The notes beneath the pieces are model-generated. The model had not been told where the DNA came from. It did not search any database and was given only the letters and a program-made list of their open reading frames with translations. Below are positions 38,652-52,298 of a stretch of 64,000 bases of DNA, in pieces. The stretch's first letter is position 1. The number at the start of each line of letters is the position of its first letter. A program made the position numbers and the translations under genes. Source of the stretch: Trichoplax adhaerens (taxonomy: Eukaryota; Animalia; Placozoa); NCBI RefSeq assembly GCF_000150275.1, contig NW_002060947.1, forward strand, positions 6,649,648-6,713,647, in the 5' to 3' direction.

Positions 38652-41600
38652 ATGGCGAAAGTAAATAGGATCAGTATTATGCCTGGTAGTACCGATAATA
38701 GTAGTGATGTCGAGGAAGGAACGACCGTATGTTTTCCGCCTTTTAGGAAGAAAAAGACGAATCATGCGAATAAGTTAAATTCAACATCGGAGAAAGTGCA
38801 TGGAAGGAAAATGTCTGATTTAGTTGCAGGATCTTTCGTAAGCCTTAGCTTAGCTATTGCAAAAATGGGTGGAATAGACGTTTATGATGTAAGTTAAGAT
38901 ATGTACGAGCTTAAACTATGAATAAATGGTAAGGCCTTCTTTTAATGTACAACGTTACTTTACATTGAAAGATAGACAAGGATTTAAAACGTTATGTATT
39001 TTTGATAATATTTATTTTGCTATCGATGAAGTTAAATGGTATTAATTACCTATCTTAAATGAAAAGGCCACCTTTCCCTAAGTGATAACATTAGTACTAG
39101 AAGCATTATTAATTAAAGAGTTAAAATTTTTTGTTTGGTTTACATGATTGAGGATAAAATTATAAATACGTAGATAGTTTGACAGTCAGAAACAGCCCTT
39201 TTTAGTGTATCTGTAGGATTTTCGTATTAGAAATACGACGACAACTTTTCTATTTCTACGCGCTATAGCTTGAAAATTTTCGCCAGAGCCATTACAGAAA
39301 AAAATAGTATAAGGAAAATCTTTTCAATTAAAATAAAAATAACAATGCTAATAATGAACTGGCAATTGGAATCGTAATTACAATAATTATGTATCGGGTA
39401 GAAATATCAAAATTGTTGTAACCTTACAAGATTAAAAATCGCCAGATGGCCTTCCATTTTCACTTATAAAGTATAAGAATTAGTAATTCTGCTAAATAAT
39501 CAGGAAAAAATCTAGATGTGATAAACTTTTTAACATATTAGTGAATATGGGTACAGGTAACGTGTGATTAATTCTTCGCCAGTTCGTTCTTGGTATAATT
39601 AGCTAAAATTTTACTAAGTATTATTCTATTTCTTATCCCTCTATGTTGTTTATTCTTCATTAAAACTTTGCATTGAGTATAATGTGAAGTGTTTGCTATC
39701 TTCTTCCACATATCAGCCGATACATCGGGTTAAAATTTCTATTTGATTATAGTAGCCACTAACACTACTATTAGACCGTCTATCGTTACTCCTAAAGAAA
39801 CTCTAACTGGTAGATTCGGGTAATAGTAATGTTTATTACATACATCAAAAGGCTTGCACGTAGATCTAAATAAAACAGAAGCAATAAAGCAGGTAATAGA
39901 CTACTGTCTTAATGTATCATTACACTGGCTCCGAATTTTCTCTCTACATCACATCAAATCATCTAATCTTGCATTATATACCTGTACTGTTCACACCATT
40001 GCCATGTAAATATCTCCTGACACGGCAGGCATTTGTCTTCATATTATTTCTACAAAATCGGCTTAGTACTATAATCCAATATAAATCATTGAGTTTTCTA
40101 TACTATCTCATCTAACTTTAATAGTGATTCCTACATTTATTCAACAATGTCCGATTCTGATTAATTAGTCAACCAAATTTATTTCAGGCAAGTACCATCC
40201 AAAGAATGATCTGTAGCTACTTCAAGTATATATGCATTGCACATTGATTTCATACTACATTTAAGCCTATTATAAAAACGCCGCAAATATACTATCACGG
40301 ATATTTCAAATAAAGTAAATTCATGCAAGATTTGATTGAAAAGCAATCAAGCAGTAGACTGGTTCAATGAATTTCAATAAGAATATAACTTTCCGGTTAA
40401 AAGCTTATCCAATGCCAAAGTCTGATTTATTGATTGATGATGACAATCCTTAATTAAACTATTTTCCAGCATGAAACATAACAAATCGCTTACCGGATAC
40501 CACCTTTCCGGTCTATTAGAAAAAAAAAGCGCTAGCACGTATTTCAGCAAGCTTATTGTACTTTGTGAATCAATCAATATTGACGATCCTGATGAGATAT
40601 ACTGCTAGGCCTAAAAATGTCCCGCATTGCTTTATCTTAATTCTAAAAATTGCCTTGCTAACTTTATTTAAGTTATATTAAATTATTAAATAGCTATTAA
40701 TATTATTCTATATTACGGATCAATTCGTTACTTTTTTCTTTCATATCTAGGCAGTTAAAAAGGGAAATTTAGATGACTTAAAAAGGGCATTTAAGTCACG
40801 ATTTTACTTGGATAGAATCAATTATCCAGACGAAAATAGCTTAACTCTTATGCATCATGCAGCTATCCATAATCGCGGTGAAATTATTAACTGCCTAGCA
40901 AAACACGAAGCAGGTGCTATTAGCAATCATTACTTCTTAATCGCTGTATCCAATTTATTTTCTATTGCAATCACCGTCATATTGTAAGAAATTAGCTTCT
41001 TTTAAAGATCTCTACCTAAACTAAGCGTTTTTACTATTACCTAGCTATTGATGTTACCATCGGAAACGCCGAAGTATCACCATTACATCTAGCTGCAAAA
41101 CATAATTCATGTGCAGCAGTCAAAGCTCTACTCCAAAATGATGCCATGCTTGATGTCGTCGATAGTACTCTAAGAACACCTTTGCATTATGCCTGCGAAA
41201 ATGGTAGTAATGAAGCTGTGGAGGTAATATTCAATTTGATATTTCAGAAAGATCTAGGCATAATTTATGGAATCATTCCGCTTTTCTTATTCAAATAAAT
41301 CATAAAATAATGTAATATTTAACTGTATCTATTTAGACTATTTTATATGAGGCCGACCTCAAGAAAGTGACCCGAACCATTATTAACGCCTATGATAAAG
41401 AGCGAGAAACATCGCTACATTTAGCAGTAGCAGCTTGTTCTAAAAATATCGTGCAAAAGCTGGTAAGTGAAATTAGAGTTTATTTAATCTTTAAACTGGA
41501 GCCAATAGATATTTTTAGCTGTAAATTTAGCTATAGCGTACTGCATGCAAACATATATATATATATATATATACATATATACATATATATATATACATAT

Positions 41601-44600
41601 ATATGTTATACATATATATTCGATTAGACAAGCAAGCAAGATTACTTAAGAATTGTTTTAAATCTTGATTTTTGCATAAAAATATAAAAATATGCAGAAT
41701 AAATTTACTAATATAGGTGGTAGTCTTCCTTGAGCTGTTAGATATATTTAGCTTTAAATTTAGTTATTACGTACAAGCATAAGTCGATAAGAATTGTTAT
41801 TAATCTTGATTTGTGCATGAAAATATAAAAATAAGCAAAACGGAGTACTAGTGTATGTAGGTGGTAATCTTCCTTGAGCTGCTAGATAATTTAGCTTTAA
41901 ACTTAGTTATAGATTACAGCTTAATAATTTAACAGACAAATATGAATCTATGTTGATAATTGCTGTTAATCTTGATCAGTGTATGAAAATATAAAAAAAA
42001 CGCAGAGTAAATTATCAGTTTCGGTAGTAGTCTTTTTACTAACTATTCTAATAATTAATAATCTCTGAACATCGCCTTAAATTCTGCTAATTTGATCTCT
42101 AATTTTGTTAAATCTATAATATTATGCTAAAAATGCTGTATTTAATGTTAGCTTCGAAGTGGAGCAAATATTTATAGAAAAGATGTGCCTGGTCATACAG
42201 CATTGCTGTTAGCAGCCAAGCGAAAGAAAACTGAAATAATGAAAATAATACTAGAATTTGGTAAATGCTTAAGCTTTAACCTAACTTACTTTGAGTTGTT
42301 TCTGCTAGCCCATACCTTCAGATTGACATACAGGAAGTATTTTACATATATTTTCATTGCTAACTGTCGCGCAAGTCTGGATCTAATTATCAATATAGTT
42401 TTACTACTAAATCATAATATTTGATAGATTGTGCAGTTGTTAAATTCTATAAAGGAATGAAACTCTACTTATTTTTTATCTGCCTTGATTAGCCGCTACA
42501 CAGGGAAAACATGATTATGTACTCGTTCCAAATGAACTTGGAATGACAGCTATTCATTTATCAGTTGATTCAGGATCTGTCGAGGTATCTCTCGCCTTAA
42601 AATGTTTCGATATAAAATAGTTTTACTGCTTTAGGCTTAGTTATGTAAGCGGGGCCGTAATAAGATTCTTTTTATAATAATTTTAATAATTAATTGCTTT
42701 CATAAATGTGAAATACTAGAAATCATAATATTGGCTATTGCTCAGAATATTTGACATTTCTATCTTTCATCAGAATACAAAATTATGCATTGCTTTTGGA
42801 GCAGATATAGAAAGCCAATCGGTAAGTATATAAGAGCTTAAACACAAAATTAAGCCACGATCGGAATAAAATCTTCACTAAAATAGAGTAATACCGTTAA
42901 TCTTGCATTGCAATGCTAAGGTTATTATATTTTCGTCAAATAACTTGCATAGTCTGAACTTCTAACTCCCTTACATTTGGCTGCATTGAATGGATATTAC
43001 GAAATTACAGAAGTTTTAATTGCAAGAGGTGCTAAAGTTAATACTCCTGATTCGAAATCCAGAACGGCTTTACATTATGCTGCTTTAAGTAATAATGTCA
43101 AATTGATGAATTTCTTAATGAATAATGTAAGATCAAGAAATATTGTGAAGTTAGGCCAAGCCAAATAAATTAAGTTAGAAAAATTAATTATAGTGATCAC
43201 GCTTTTAATAGGGAGCCTTAGTCGAAGTCAGAGATGCTAAATTGCAAACTCCGTTAATGGCAGCAGCCTATCATGATGCCGCTGATGCAATCGAATTTCT
43301 ATTACAAAATGGTGCAAGCACTGAAGGACGAGATCAAGAGGGCAGGAACTGCCTTCATTTAATCGCAGAAAAATATTGTAAAGGTGCATTGACGGCTGTT
43401 ATAGAAGTAAGTTTGGAGATTTTAGATTTATAGCATTATCGATACGTTGCGCAACAAAATTGTAAATATTTTTTTACATTGTAACATTTAGCACAGTAGC
43501 ATCGATCTCATCAACGTTCGTGATAAACTTGGGCTTACTCCACCACTAACAGCTGCATCCTCTGGATCTGTAGCTGTAAGAGGATAATAATAATTGTAGC
43601 TAACATAAGTTCTTGAATATATACTATCAAAATCTATGTTAAAGTTCTTCTGTTAGAGAATACCTGAATGAATGAAATATAAATGATTCGACAGCATCAA
43701 CTAAGAAACTAAGAATCTTGCAATTATATTTTAAATAATGTACAGATATTATTGCAAATGGCTCAGCGATTTCAAGAATTTGTTATGCAACATGAAGACA
43801 GCAATAGCAATAACATCTTGCATTTAGCTGCATTAAATAACCATCGCGACACGGTTAAAATTATCACCGATCACATGCCGTTTATTAATGTTAATTCACG
43901 CAACGCAACTGGGCAGAGACCTTTACATTTAGCTGCAAAGAACGGCAATAATCGAGTTATACAATATTTAATTAAACATGGAGCTGATGTTAATACTAGG
44001 TAACTGTACATTAAAATAATATGTGTATGATAGCTCATTCAAAGTAGGATATTTGACTAACTGTATGTAATATGTTATTTGGATACGTATTGAATGTGTA
44101 ATATAAAGCTAAAATTAACGCTTATGAACTTACTTGATTTTAAAACTATGGCAATAGAGGTAGCACTTTGAGGCATCTTATTTTACTTTACTAGGGATAA
44201 TTGCGGTTGGACTCCTTTGCACTATACTGCAAAATATGGTTTTGCCAGCAGTGTTCAACTGTTACTATCAAAGGAAGCAATTGTTGATGCTTTTAATGAA
44301 GGAAAGGTGAGGATTGAATAATTCTGGATTGCGGTACCAATGCAGACCAGATTAATATAATATCAATTAATAATGATAACCAAGAAAGTTATGCTAAATT
44401 AAATTATCTAAAATAAGGCAATTCTTTAAGTAATCCAGCACAAGATGAGAAATTCCCACTATAATTCAGTAGAGCAATACTGACTCAATTGTTTTAAATA
44501 AGCTATTGCAGGAAATATTTATTAAATTCTATTTACTAAAGTAGTAGTCAGGTGATTACAAAGCTTATTATTCTTATATACTCATATGCAGCTTATAAAT

Positions 44601-47600
44601 TACATTATATCAATTTACAATTTAACTGAACGAAGTTTATTACACAAGAGGGTAGTAATTACTTTAATGTGTTAGTCTGCAATCCTGCTTGAAGAACTCC
44701 ACATCAACTTTAAATCAAAATTACAGCACAGCTCGAAAAAATAATGTATCAACCATAGCATTATCACATTTATACTTCCTGTTTATCGTTAATTAAATAA
44801 AAGTACAGCTTGAAAGAATGCGTCAGTAACAGTATTATCACACTTACATTCCCGTTTTCTTGTTCATTAAAATGATTTCTATACCTTAGAAAACGCCGTT
44901 GGTGCTTTCATGCGAGTCAGGGCATATAGAAGCGGCTAAATTGTTGCTGGAAAAAGGTGCAGATCCTTCTGTTAGAAATGATAAGGACCAGAACTGTTTA
45001 GATATAGCTTGTGAATTTCGCTACAGTGATATTGGCCTAGCTATAATTGAAACAAGATTGTAAGTTCTCGATTTCTTACACTTATTGAACTATATTATTC
45101 TACTCCCAATATATGAACTGTTTTAAAGCTGAAACAATAAATTTCATTTTCTTTAGCTATATGGATATATTTAAAATTAAGAATCATTTCTAAGTTTGTT
45201 AATATAACTTCCTTATGAAATGTTAGCTGGGATAGGGTTATGGATAATAGATCATTTGACGGCTATAATCCAATGAAACGATTAATAGAACGATTACCCC
45301 TTGTTGCAGAGGTAAGTAACAAACAGTGCTATATCGAGTATACGGTCTATCTTCTAGTGGTGTTGTAGGGTATAAATTTGAGATGCTCCGAAAATGATGT
45401 ATGAAATTAATCATTTTATTTTCACAATTATGAATTTAAGACCAGTAATCAGCAAAAGATATAAATATTAAGCTATATTAGGAGTCAAGACAAAATAATT
45501 AAATCGATTATATCAATACATTAATACTTTTACTTGTGGTTGTTTCCTATGGCTCTACTTCCCATTAATTTCATTTTCTGGTTTATTTATATTCAGGCCG
45601 TTATGGACAAATCAATAACATATACGAAAAGCAAATATGGTAAAGATGAATGGAAACAGGTAGAAAGTATTTTCTGAAACGTACTCGTATGATTGTTATA
45701 TACGAGTATATACCATCTAGTTGCTATTATCACAAGCTAGAAGGATCAGATCAACCGTTTATTTAATTAATTTCTCTGCATTAGTTCTAAATAATAGCGT
45801 TTAGATAGCTGTAAATTAGCTACATATAAATTTAGATTTGATGTCAAGCTATTTTATATTCTTAAGGTCGATAAATTGACTTGCATAATTTTAATGGTAA
45901 AGATGACAACAATTATTTTAAATTCCTATTTTTCTAAATTTAGGTAGCTTTTGATTTTACACACCTTGAATCATCACCTGAAGATACTCATTTACAAGAT
46001 GTTAAGGAAAAATATATTGCACTGAATGTAAGAATCTCTTTAAAGGCATTCTACTTTAGATAGACATAATATTATAGAGTTATATTCTGTCACATTGATG
46101 AGCTCTTGTCTACCAAACTTAAGTATCTGTTGCACCTCATGAGATATTTTTAGCTTTCAGTTGTGAAACTTGTAGCAGGTAGAGAAAAATCTGTCATTAT
46201 CTTTAACAATCTTCTCATTGTCTATTGCAGAGTATTTGCGCTCTTGATCGTGTTAGACTGATGAAACATCCTTTAATTAACGCTTATGCATATGCAAAAT
46301 GGTACATAAGAACATTAACGTTTCATAAAAGAGCTATCTATTCGTATGATATAGTATTTTGAGATAAATCATAAAAATGATACAAAATCTTCTTTATTGC
46401 CAGTAATACGAATTAATTAGATTAAACTTCGAGCAGACCTATTTAAATTATTAAATTTAAGTATGATAATCGTTTACGTAGTACAAAAAGAAACATTGAT
46501 CATTTGTCATTCCTCTGCAATCATAGGAAGGCAGCTCTTCAACTTATATACGTGTGTAAAATAGCGTTAGATATTCTCTATTTATTTGGATTGGGTATTC
46601 CTATTAGCATGAATACTATAGATTTCGTGAATTTTGTGCAAAATTCAAGTGTTCCAAATTCCTACGTTTCAATAGTAAGTTTGCGGTAAAATCGGTGATA
46701 ATCTTTGTAATAAAATGGAAACTTGTTTTATATTCATTTTTCCCCAATTCGATATATAAATTGTCGATATATCTTACCTTAATGATGAGGAAATCAGTTG
46801 CATACTAGTCAGTATATTACATCTATTGCGTTTTTTTTTTGTATTAGGCCAAACCCGGAGTTCCTATTCGAAACATTATTGTATTTATTACAGTGATGGT
46901 AATTTTATCAACCTTAAGCTACTTTTTCTTGGCTGGAGTGAGTATTGATATCTTCAGGCTAATTCTAACTCTAATAATAACGTTAGGCTTCTTTTCCCAT
47001 ATCAACATTAGCGCTTAGAGTTGTCATGAAAGTCCCAAATAAAACTTGAATTAAAAAGCATTTACGAAGAATTAAAGTGTTTTAATTATAGCATTTTCTT
47101 GACAATTTCTTATTTTCAGCGGCGAATTTTCCTCTATTTCTTGAAACAAACTTTATTTGAAGTGCTTATATCAATCTTTGGTCTGCTTTACGCTCTACCA
47201 TTCGATAAGCCGATTAATTATGGGAGTATTCGTATTGGAACGCTTCTTGTTCTTTGCTTATTTGTCAACATCATATACATATTGAGAAAGTAAGGCTGAC
47301 TTAGAATTCATATTCTTTATAATACAAATCATTAAAATAGCTTTATGAAAGTAAAGCTATTGTTCAGTGGATGTAAAAAAGTACCTTTACTACAACAGAT
47401 GCCAGTTAACTTTACTTATTAAAGTACGTATGAAGTGATAGTTTGCTAAATGCACTGTTATGAGACAAATTACTCTACCAATAGAGAAAAAACTGTTTTA
47501 AGTGTACTAATAACCATAAAGATATATAGAATATGACGGTTTATTTATTTCTTCAAGTAATGTTTTTCCAATTCTGTATTAAATAGATACATACAGCTGT

Positions 47601-49279
47601 AATACAGCTTCGTGTATATATACGAGTAGTGTGTACATTTAATTAACGGATGATATTAAGGATTACAATAAAGCAATGATTAGATTGTTACTGTATAGGT
47701 TTAATGATGTTAATCTTGCATTCTAGTCTTCCTGGTGTAGGCCTATACATATCAATGTTTTTTGCCACCATGATGACCATTCTTAAAGCTTCAGTGGTCT
47801 TTGTACTATTTCTGGTCGCATTTGCTGTTGCTTTTTCAATGATATTAAGCGATATGGTAAGAAAATTGTTAACACGCATTCTCAGCCATGTTTTCCTGTT
47901 ATAGTAATAGATGCAATATATAAAAGATACCGCTAGCTCAATACATTGAGAAATCAAAACACACTATTGTAGCAGTTTTACTTATTAAATGAATTCTTTA
48001 TTACTGATACAGACAATATTCCGTGGGTTTGATATCGCAATAGTTACAGTATTAACCATGATGACTGGAGAGATTAATTATGCCGATACCTTCAGCCATT
48101 TAAGTAGTACAGGAAGATTGACTGGGTTTAAAGTTGAATTATTACTTTTTGGAATTATGGTTATTGTTATTAACATTGCATTTGCAAACTTGCTGGTGAG
48201 ATGTAGAAAGATTATATATTCTTTAAAATTATTACCAATGCTAATGGAGCAATTCTATTGATAGAAATAAGAAATTCAGATATTATGCGCGGGTTAATTA
48301 TCATGTAATTGATTAGATTTAATCTTAAATTTCATAATCATTTTGTATGAGGATATAATATATCCTAGATAACTCTATAGTCTAGTTTATTAGACTTCTA
48401 TAGGATTATATCAGTATCTATTTTGATATATATGATTTGTTACTAGCAGCCTTTCTTTTAGATAGTCGTAAAGCCGTAATGAGTTATATCCTTTTAGTAT
48501 TAAGGATTATTTCTTAGATTATAATGTTTGAAAACCTAACAAATTATAAATAAGCTAGCCATTATAAATGCTAATTTCATCGAAAAATGAGTAAGATGTA
48601 ATACTAATGTGTCGTTGAGCATACTAGTTCATTATAGTAGCTGAATTAACTGAGAAATATGCCCTAAAATCCAATATATAGATTGGTCTTGCCGTCGGTG
48701 ATATAAATGAAGTCAAAGAAACAGCTAGCTTAAACCAAGCTAAAAATCATTTTCAGTTAATTATTGGATCATACGAATCATATCCGATGTTCATTAAAAA
48801 GATTATGCATAGTCCAGGATTAACTATCAGGAAAGATAAACACTCGAGCTATTCGCAAAAGGTAGACATTTTACAGCTTATGTCTTAAAAAAGTTAACAA
48901 AATCTTTTAATGTTATCCTTTCTTAAACAATGTAATTTAGCAAATTTGGCATAATTTAACTGCCAAATTAAAATTCATTCAAGAAGATAAAAATGAAGCT
49001 GATCAGGAAACTAATTTGAAAGACTTGAAAGCTCTCGTTTTAAGGCAACAAACGGAGTAAGAATTATTATGTTTTAAGCACTTTCAGTAAATCATAATTA
49101 ATGAAATATAATTTTTTATAATTATCTTCAGAATAAGTCGGTTAAAAGATTTAATTGAAGACGCAAAATCAGATATTAACTTTCATGGCAATATCAACCG
49201 CACTGAAACCAAAAAACTGATTGATCAAGTCTTACAAGCAGTTAAAGCCGATGGAAGTGAAAAATATTCCTTCGGCTAA
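38652..49279 (+). CDS. TRPA-family ankyrin-repeat cation channel, tandem copy 2 (25 exons)
   Basis: Same exon series and phases as copy 1. LMKHPLINAYAYAKW, pore TMMTGEINY, S6 FANLLIGLAVGDINEV; stop TAA 49277-49279. Confidence 0.92.
41552..42030. repeat. (AT)n microsatellite followed by ~3 x ~140-bp tandem repeat in TRPA copy 2 intron 4
   Basis: atatat run 41552-41620. aagaattgtt..aatcttgatt..tgcat.aaaatataaaaa..ggtggta.tcttccttgagctg.tagata repeated from ~41648, ~41789 and ~41955. Confidence 0.8.
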
Positions 49280-51959
49280 TGCTATCTGAAACAGTAATAC
49301 TTTTATTTTAATCTGCATTAGGGTATGCCTTATAACTTTTTTTACGTAGAGAGAATAAAGATTATTCTAACCGATTTTAATTTAAAATAAGCTGTAAGTA
49401 TTCTGAGATGGATCAGTTGATCAAAATGTAAAGGTGACTATTAATTTACAAAATGTATAAATATCTGCAACATGCGTGTATACTGGCACAATATATAACA
49501 TTTATGGAATATATTCAACAAATACATTATTAATGCTGCTAAATACCAGTTTAAATCAATTCTTATTATAACCATCTTTGTAAAATAGATTATCATGCTC
49601 TTATTTTAGTATTTCTTTAATACAATATGTGATATTGATCAATATTTCATTTACAACCTATTCTCTCTCAACCACATAATATTAAGTTTCAAATATCATT
49701 GTGTTCCGAAATCATCCACTGCAGTGTTATTTTTTTCACATATTGTTATAAACTATCATTTTATCCATTACTATCATGTTTACAAAGTATATAGTCTTGT
49801 TACCATGCTGTAGCTCACATTGAACTAATCACGAAGATTCTGGATTAATATTTTGCTTAGTATCACCAAAAGATTAGTCTTACGTTTGATTATTACAGTA
49901 AATTTTCGCATATCGCAACCATTTCACCACTAGTGTTTCGATATTGTGTTTGTTTATAATATCTAAAATGTATTCGAAATATGCACGGGTATTGAAACAA
50001 TAATCTCCTTAACTATAATGCAGCTCGTCTTGTGATGACTTGAGATTCTTTGCCGTAAAATGTCACTGGTTTATATCTATATGCGAATACGTTATAAGAA
50101 TATTGCTGTTTATTTAAGATGATTTTTCCGAGTAATTATTCTGACTTGTATCAGCCAATGTTAGTAATCAATTTATCTGCATTGCAATTTACTTGAATAA
50201 AATGCCATCATATCTAAAAACTATCGTAAATTTTTCTTGTTTCTAAAACACATATAGCAAATAGAAATGATCATTCACCAACGTTATCTAAAGCTTATTT
50301 ACTAATATTCTGTTGCCGTTAATCGCTAAGCCGAATTTAAAAATTTATATGCAATCACTAATATCTCGTACTTTCCCATTTACAAACTACTCTACAAAAT
50401 AAAATTCATATAGTTCTATCTGATAAATTAATAAACCAGATACAGGAAACTTAGAGATAGAAGAGCATTTAAAGGCCTTGCAAGTATTTTTTTAACCAGT
50501 CGCTAAAAGTGATTCTTTTCGAAATTATCAAATCGAAATTGAGAATTTTAATACAATTTCCAGCAGGGCAAGAGTTTAAAAATATTTTAAATCTTCCTTG
50601 CTCGGCTAGTTGATTAAAATAAACAGAACTTCCACTACAACTGTGAAATAATACAGTACCGTCTGTTGCTAGATGGTGCTTAACCTACAATAACTATCTT
50701 ACACGTCTTCTACAATTTGCAGGGCGTATACTCGAATTATTCCTCGAGAAGGTGTCTTAGTAAGTTGATCGCTCTGAAGGTCTATTTCTGTCACTTTATT
50801 GAACCTCCGATCGTAATAACCTCTTATGAATGCTTAAGAACAAACTTGCGAAAGAAAAGTAAGATTTTTCAATATAATTATCAATCGTTAGAAATAACCA
50901 ATTGCAAACTATTCTCATCATACTTAAGAGAGTCACATACAAGATTTTTCTAATATAGTCCTAAATATGATAGTAAATTCACGGAAGGTATATTACCAAT
51001 AAACGTTTTTAATATCCACTACGATAGTCAAACAGCTAATTGGCAATAATGAATAATCTCATAATTGCTACAAATAGCTATTAGAATCAAAGTTTGCACG
51101 AAATGTAGCAATTAATTGGCTCTATTTCGACTATTTTCACTTCTATTGATTTCTTTGTTTTTTACAGAAAAGCATCATTGTTAGCCGCTGGATAGCTATT
51201 TGTAATTATTATAGTTAGTGTTAAGTAATCCATTTGTCTTAATTCTAGTCAGCCTGAGCTTTACATGCCAAATGTATCTAGATCTATGTAAGTAATACCA
51301 ATTTGCAGCTATCCAAAATCATCAACGCAAAGTCAACGATTTTTATAGTATGCAATGTTTCTTATGTTTTATGCACTAGATAACCTCATCTTATACGACA
51401 AGTTACTACTCTCTCGTGGTATAAATAGGAGTAAAACTCATAAAACTAATCTTGCATCAAGCCGCTTATTATACTTGTGAGGAATTTGTTAGTCTTACTT
51501 ACTGTATCTCTCCATAGTTAGTTGGTGACTAAGTAGCTAGTAAGTTAGTTGATCACTCACATTAGAAGAGAGTAGACAGTGGTATTACTCGTGTGGGTGA
51601 CAATCCCACTTCTAATCTATATATATAAAAACGTAACCTATAAGCGTACTTTTGCAGTAGGAACCTTATCCAATATTTTTGATCAATTGACCATTTGAAA
51701 ACTAGTCTATAGCTCATCCATGAACAAACCTACTTACTGCCGTAAGATAATTATACTTGATAGTTCATAGAGCAAAATAAGATTCTCTTTGCTTATAATA
51801 ATAAATTCTACACCTGTTTTAGTTTTAGAATTGCAGTATTCCTTATTGAATTTATTCAGTGCATAATTATTGATCAATGGTTATGGCACAAAGAAATCCA
51901 ATTCACTACTTAAAAAGGTAATAAAATCAGTGCAGGTTCTATAGAATGAATGTAGGCTG

Positions 51960-52070
51960 GTCTCCATAACAACCATCGAACTTATTCATCAAGTAATTAC
52001 CTACATCGTTATAAATTTAGCTTGATATGCTAATTAAATCTTTGAGTTCCAGAGAGTAAATAGTGTTTAT
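51960..52070 (+). promoter_or_regulatory. RFX X-box (GTCTCCATAACAAC) plus forkhead sites (GTAAATA, TGTTTAT) upstream of TRPA copy 3
   Basis: 51960-51973 matches GTHNYYATRRNAAC exactly; GTAAATA at 52056-52062 and TGTTTAT at 52064-52070. Confidence 0.65.
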
Positions 52071-52298
52071 TCGCATCTTCTGAAATGAGATAATTCACTG
52101 TAGGCTGGCGAAACAAACGATTGCTCGATAGTTAGAGATAAAGTGAATTGTCGTTTCCTCTAGCTAGTTAGTATTGTAATTGAATTGAGTTGCAAATCCA
52201 TTTGTAAAAACAGCTTGGAAAGCCAACCTTTATCGATCATCAACTAATCTACAGCTTAATGCTGAGCTTATACTGTAGCTAAAATTTCTTTTTTCAAT

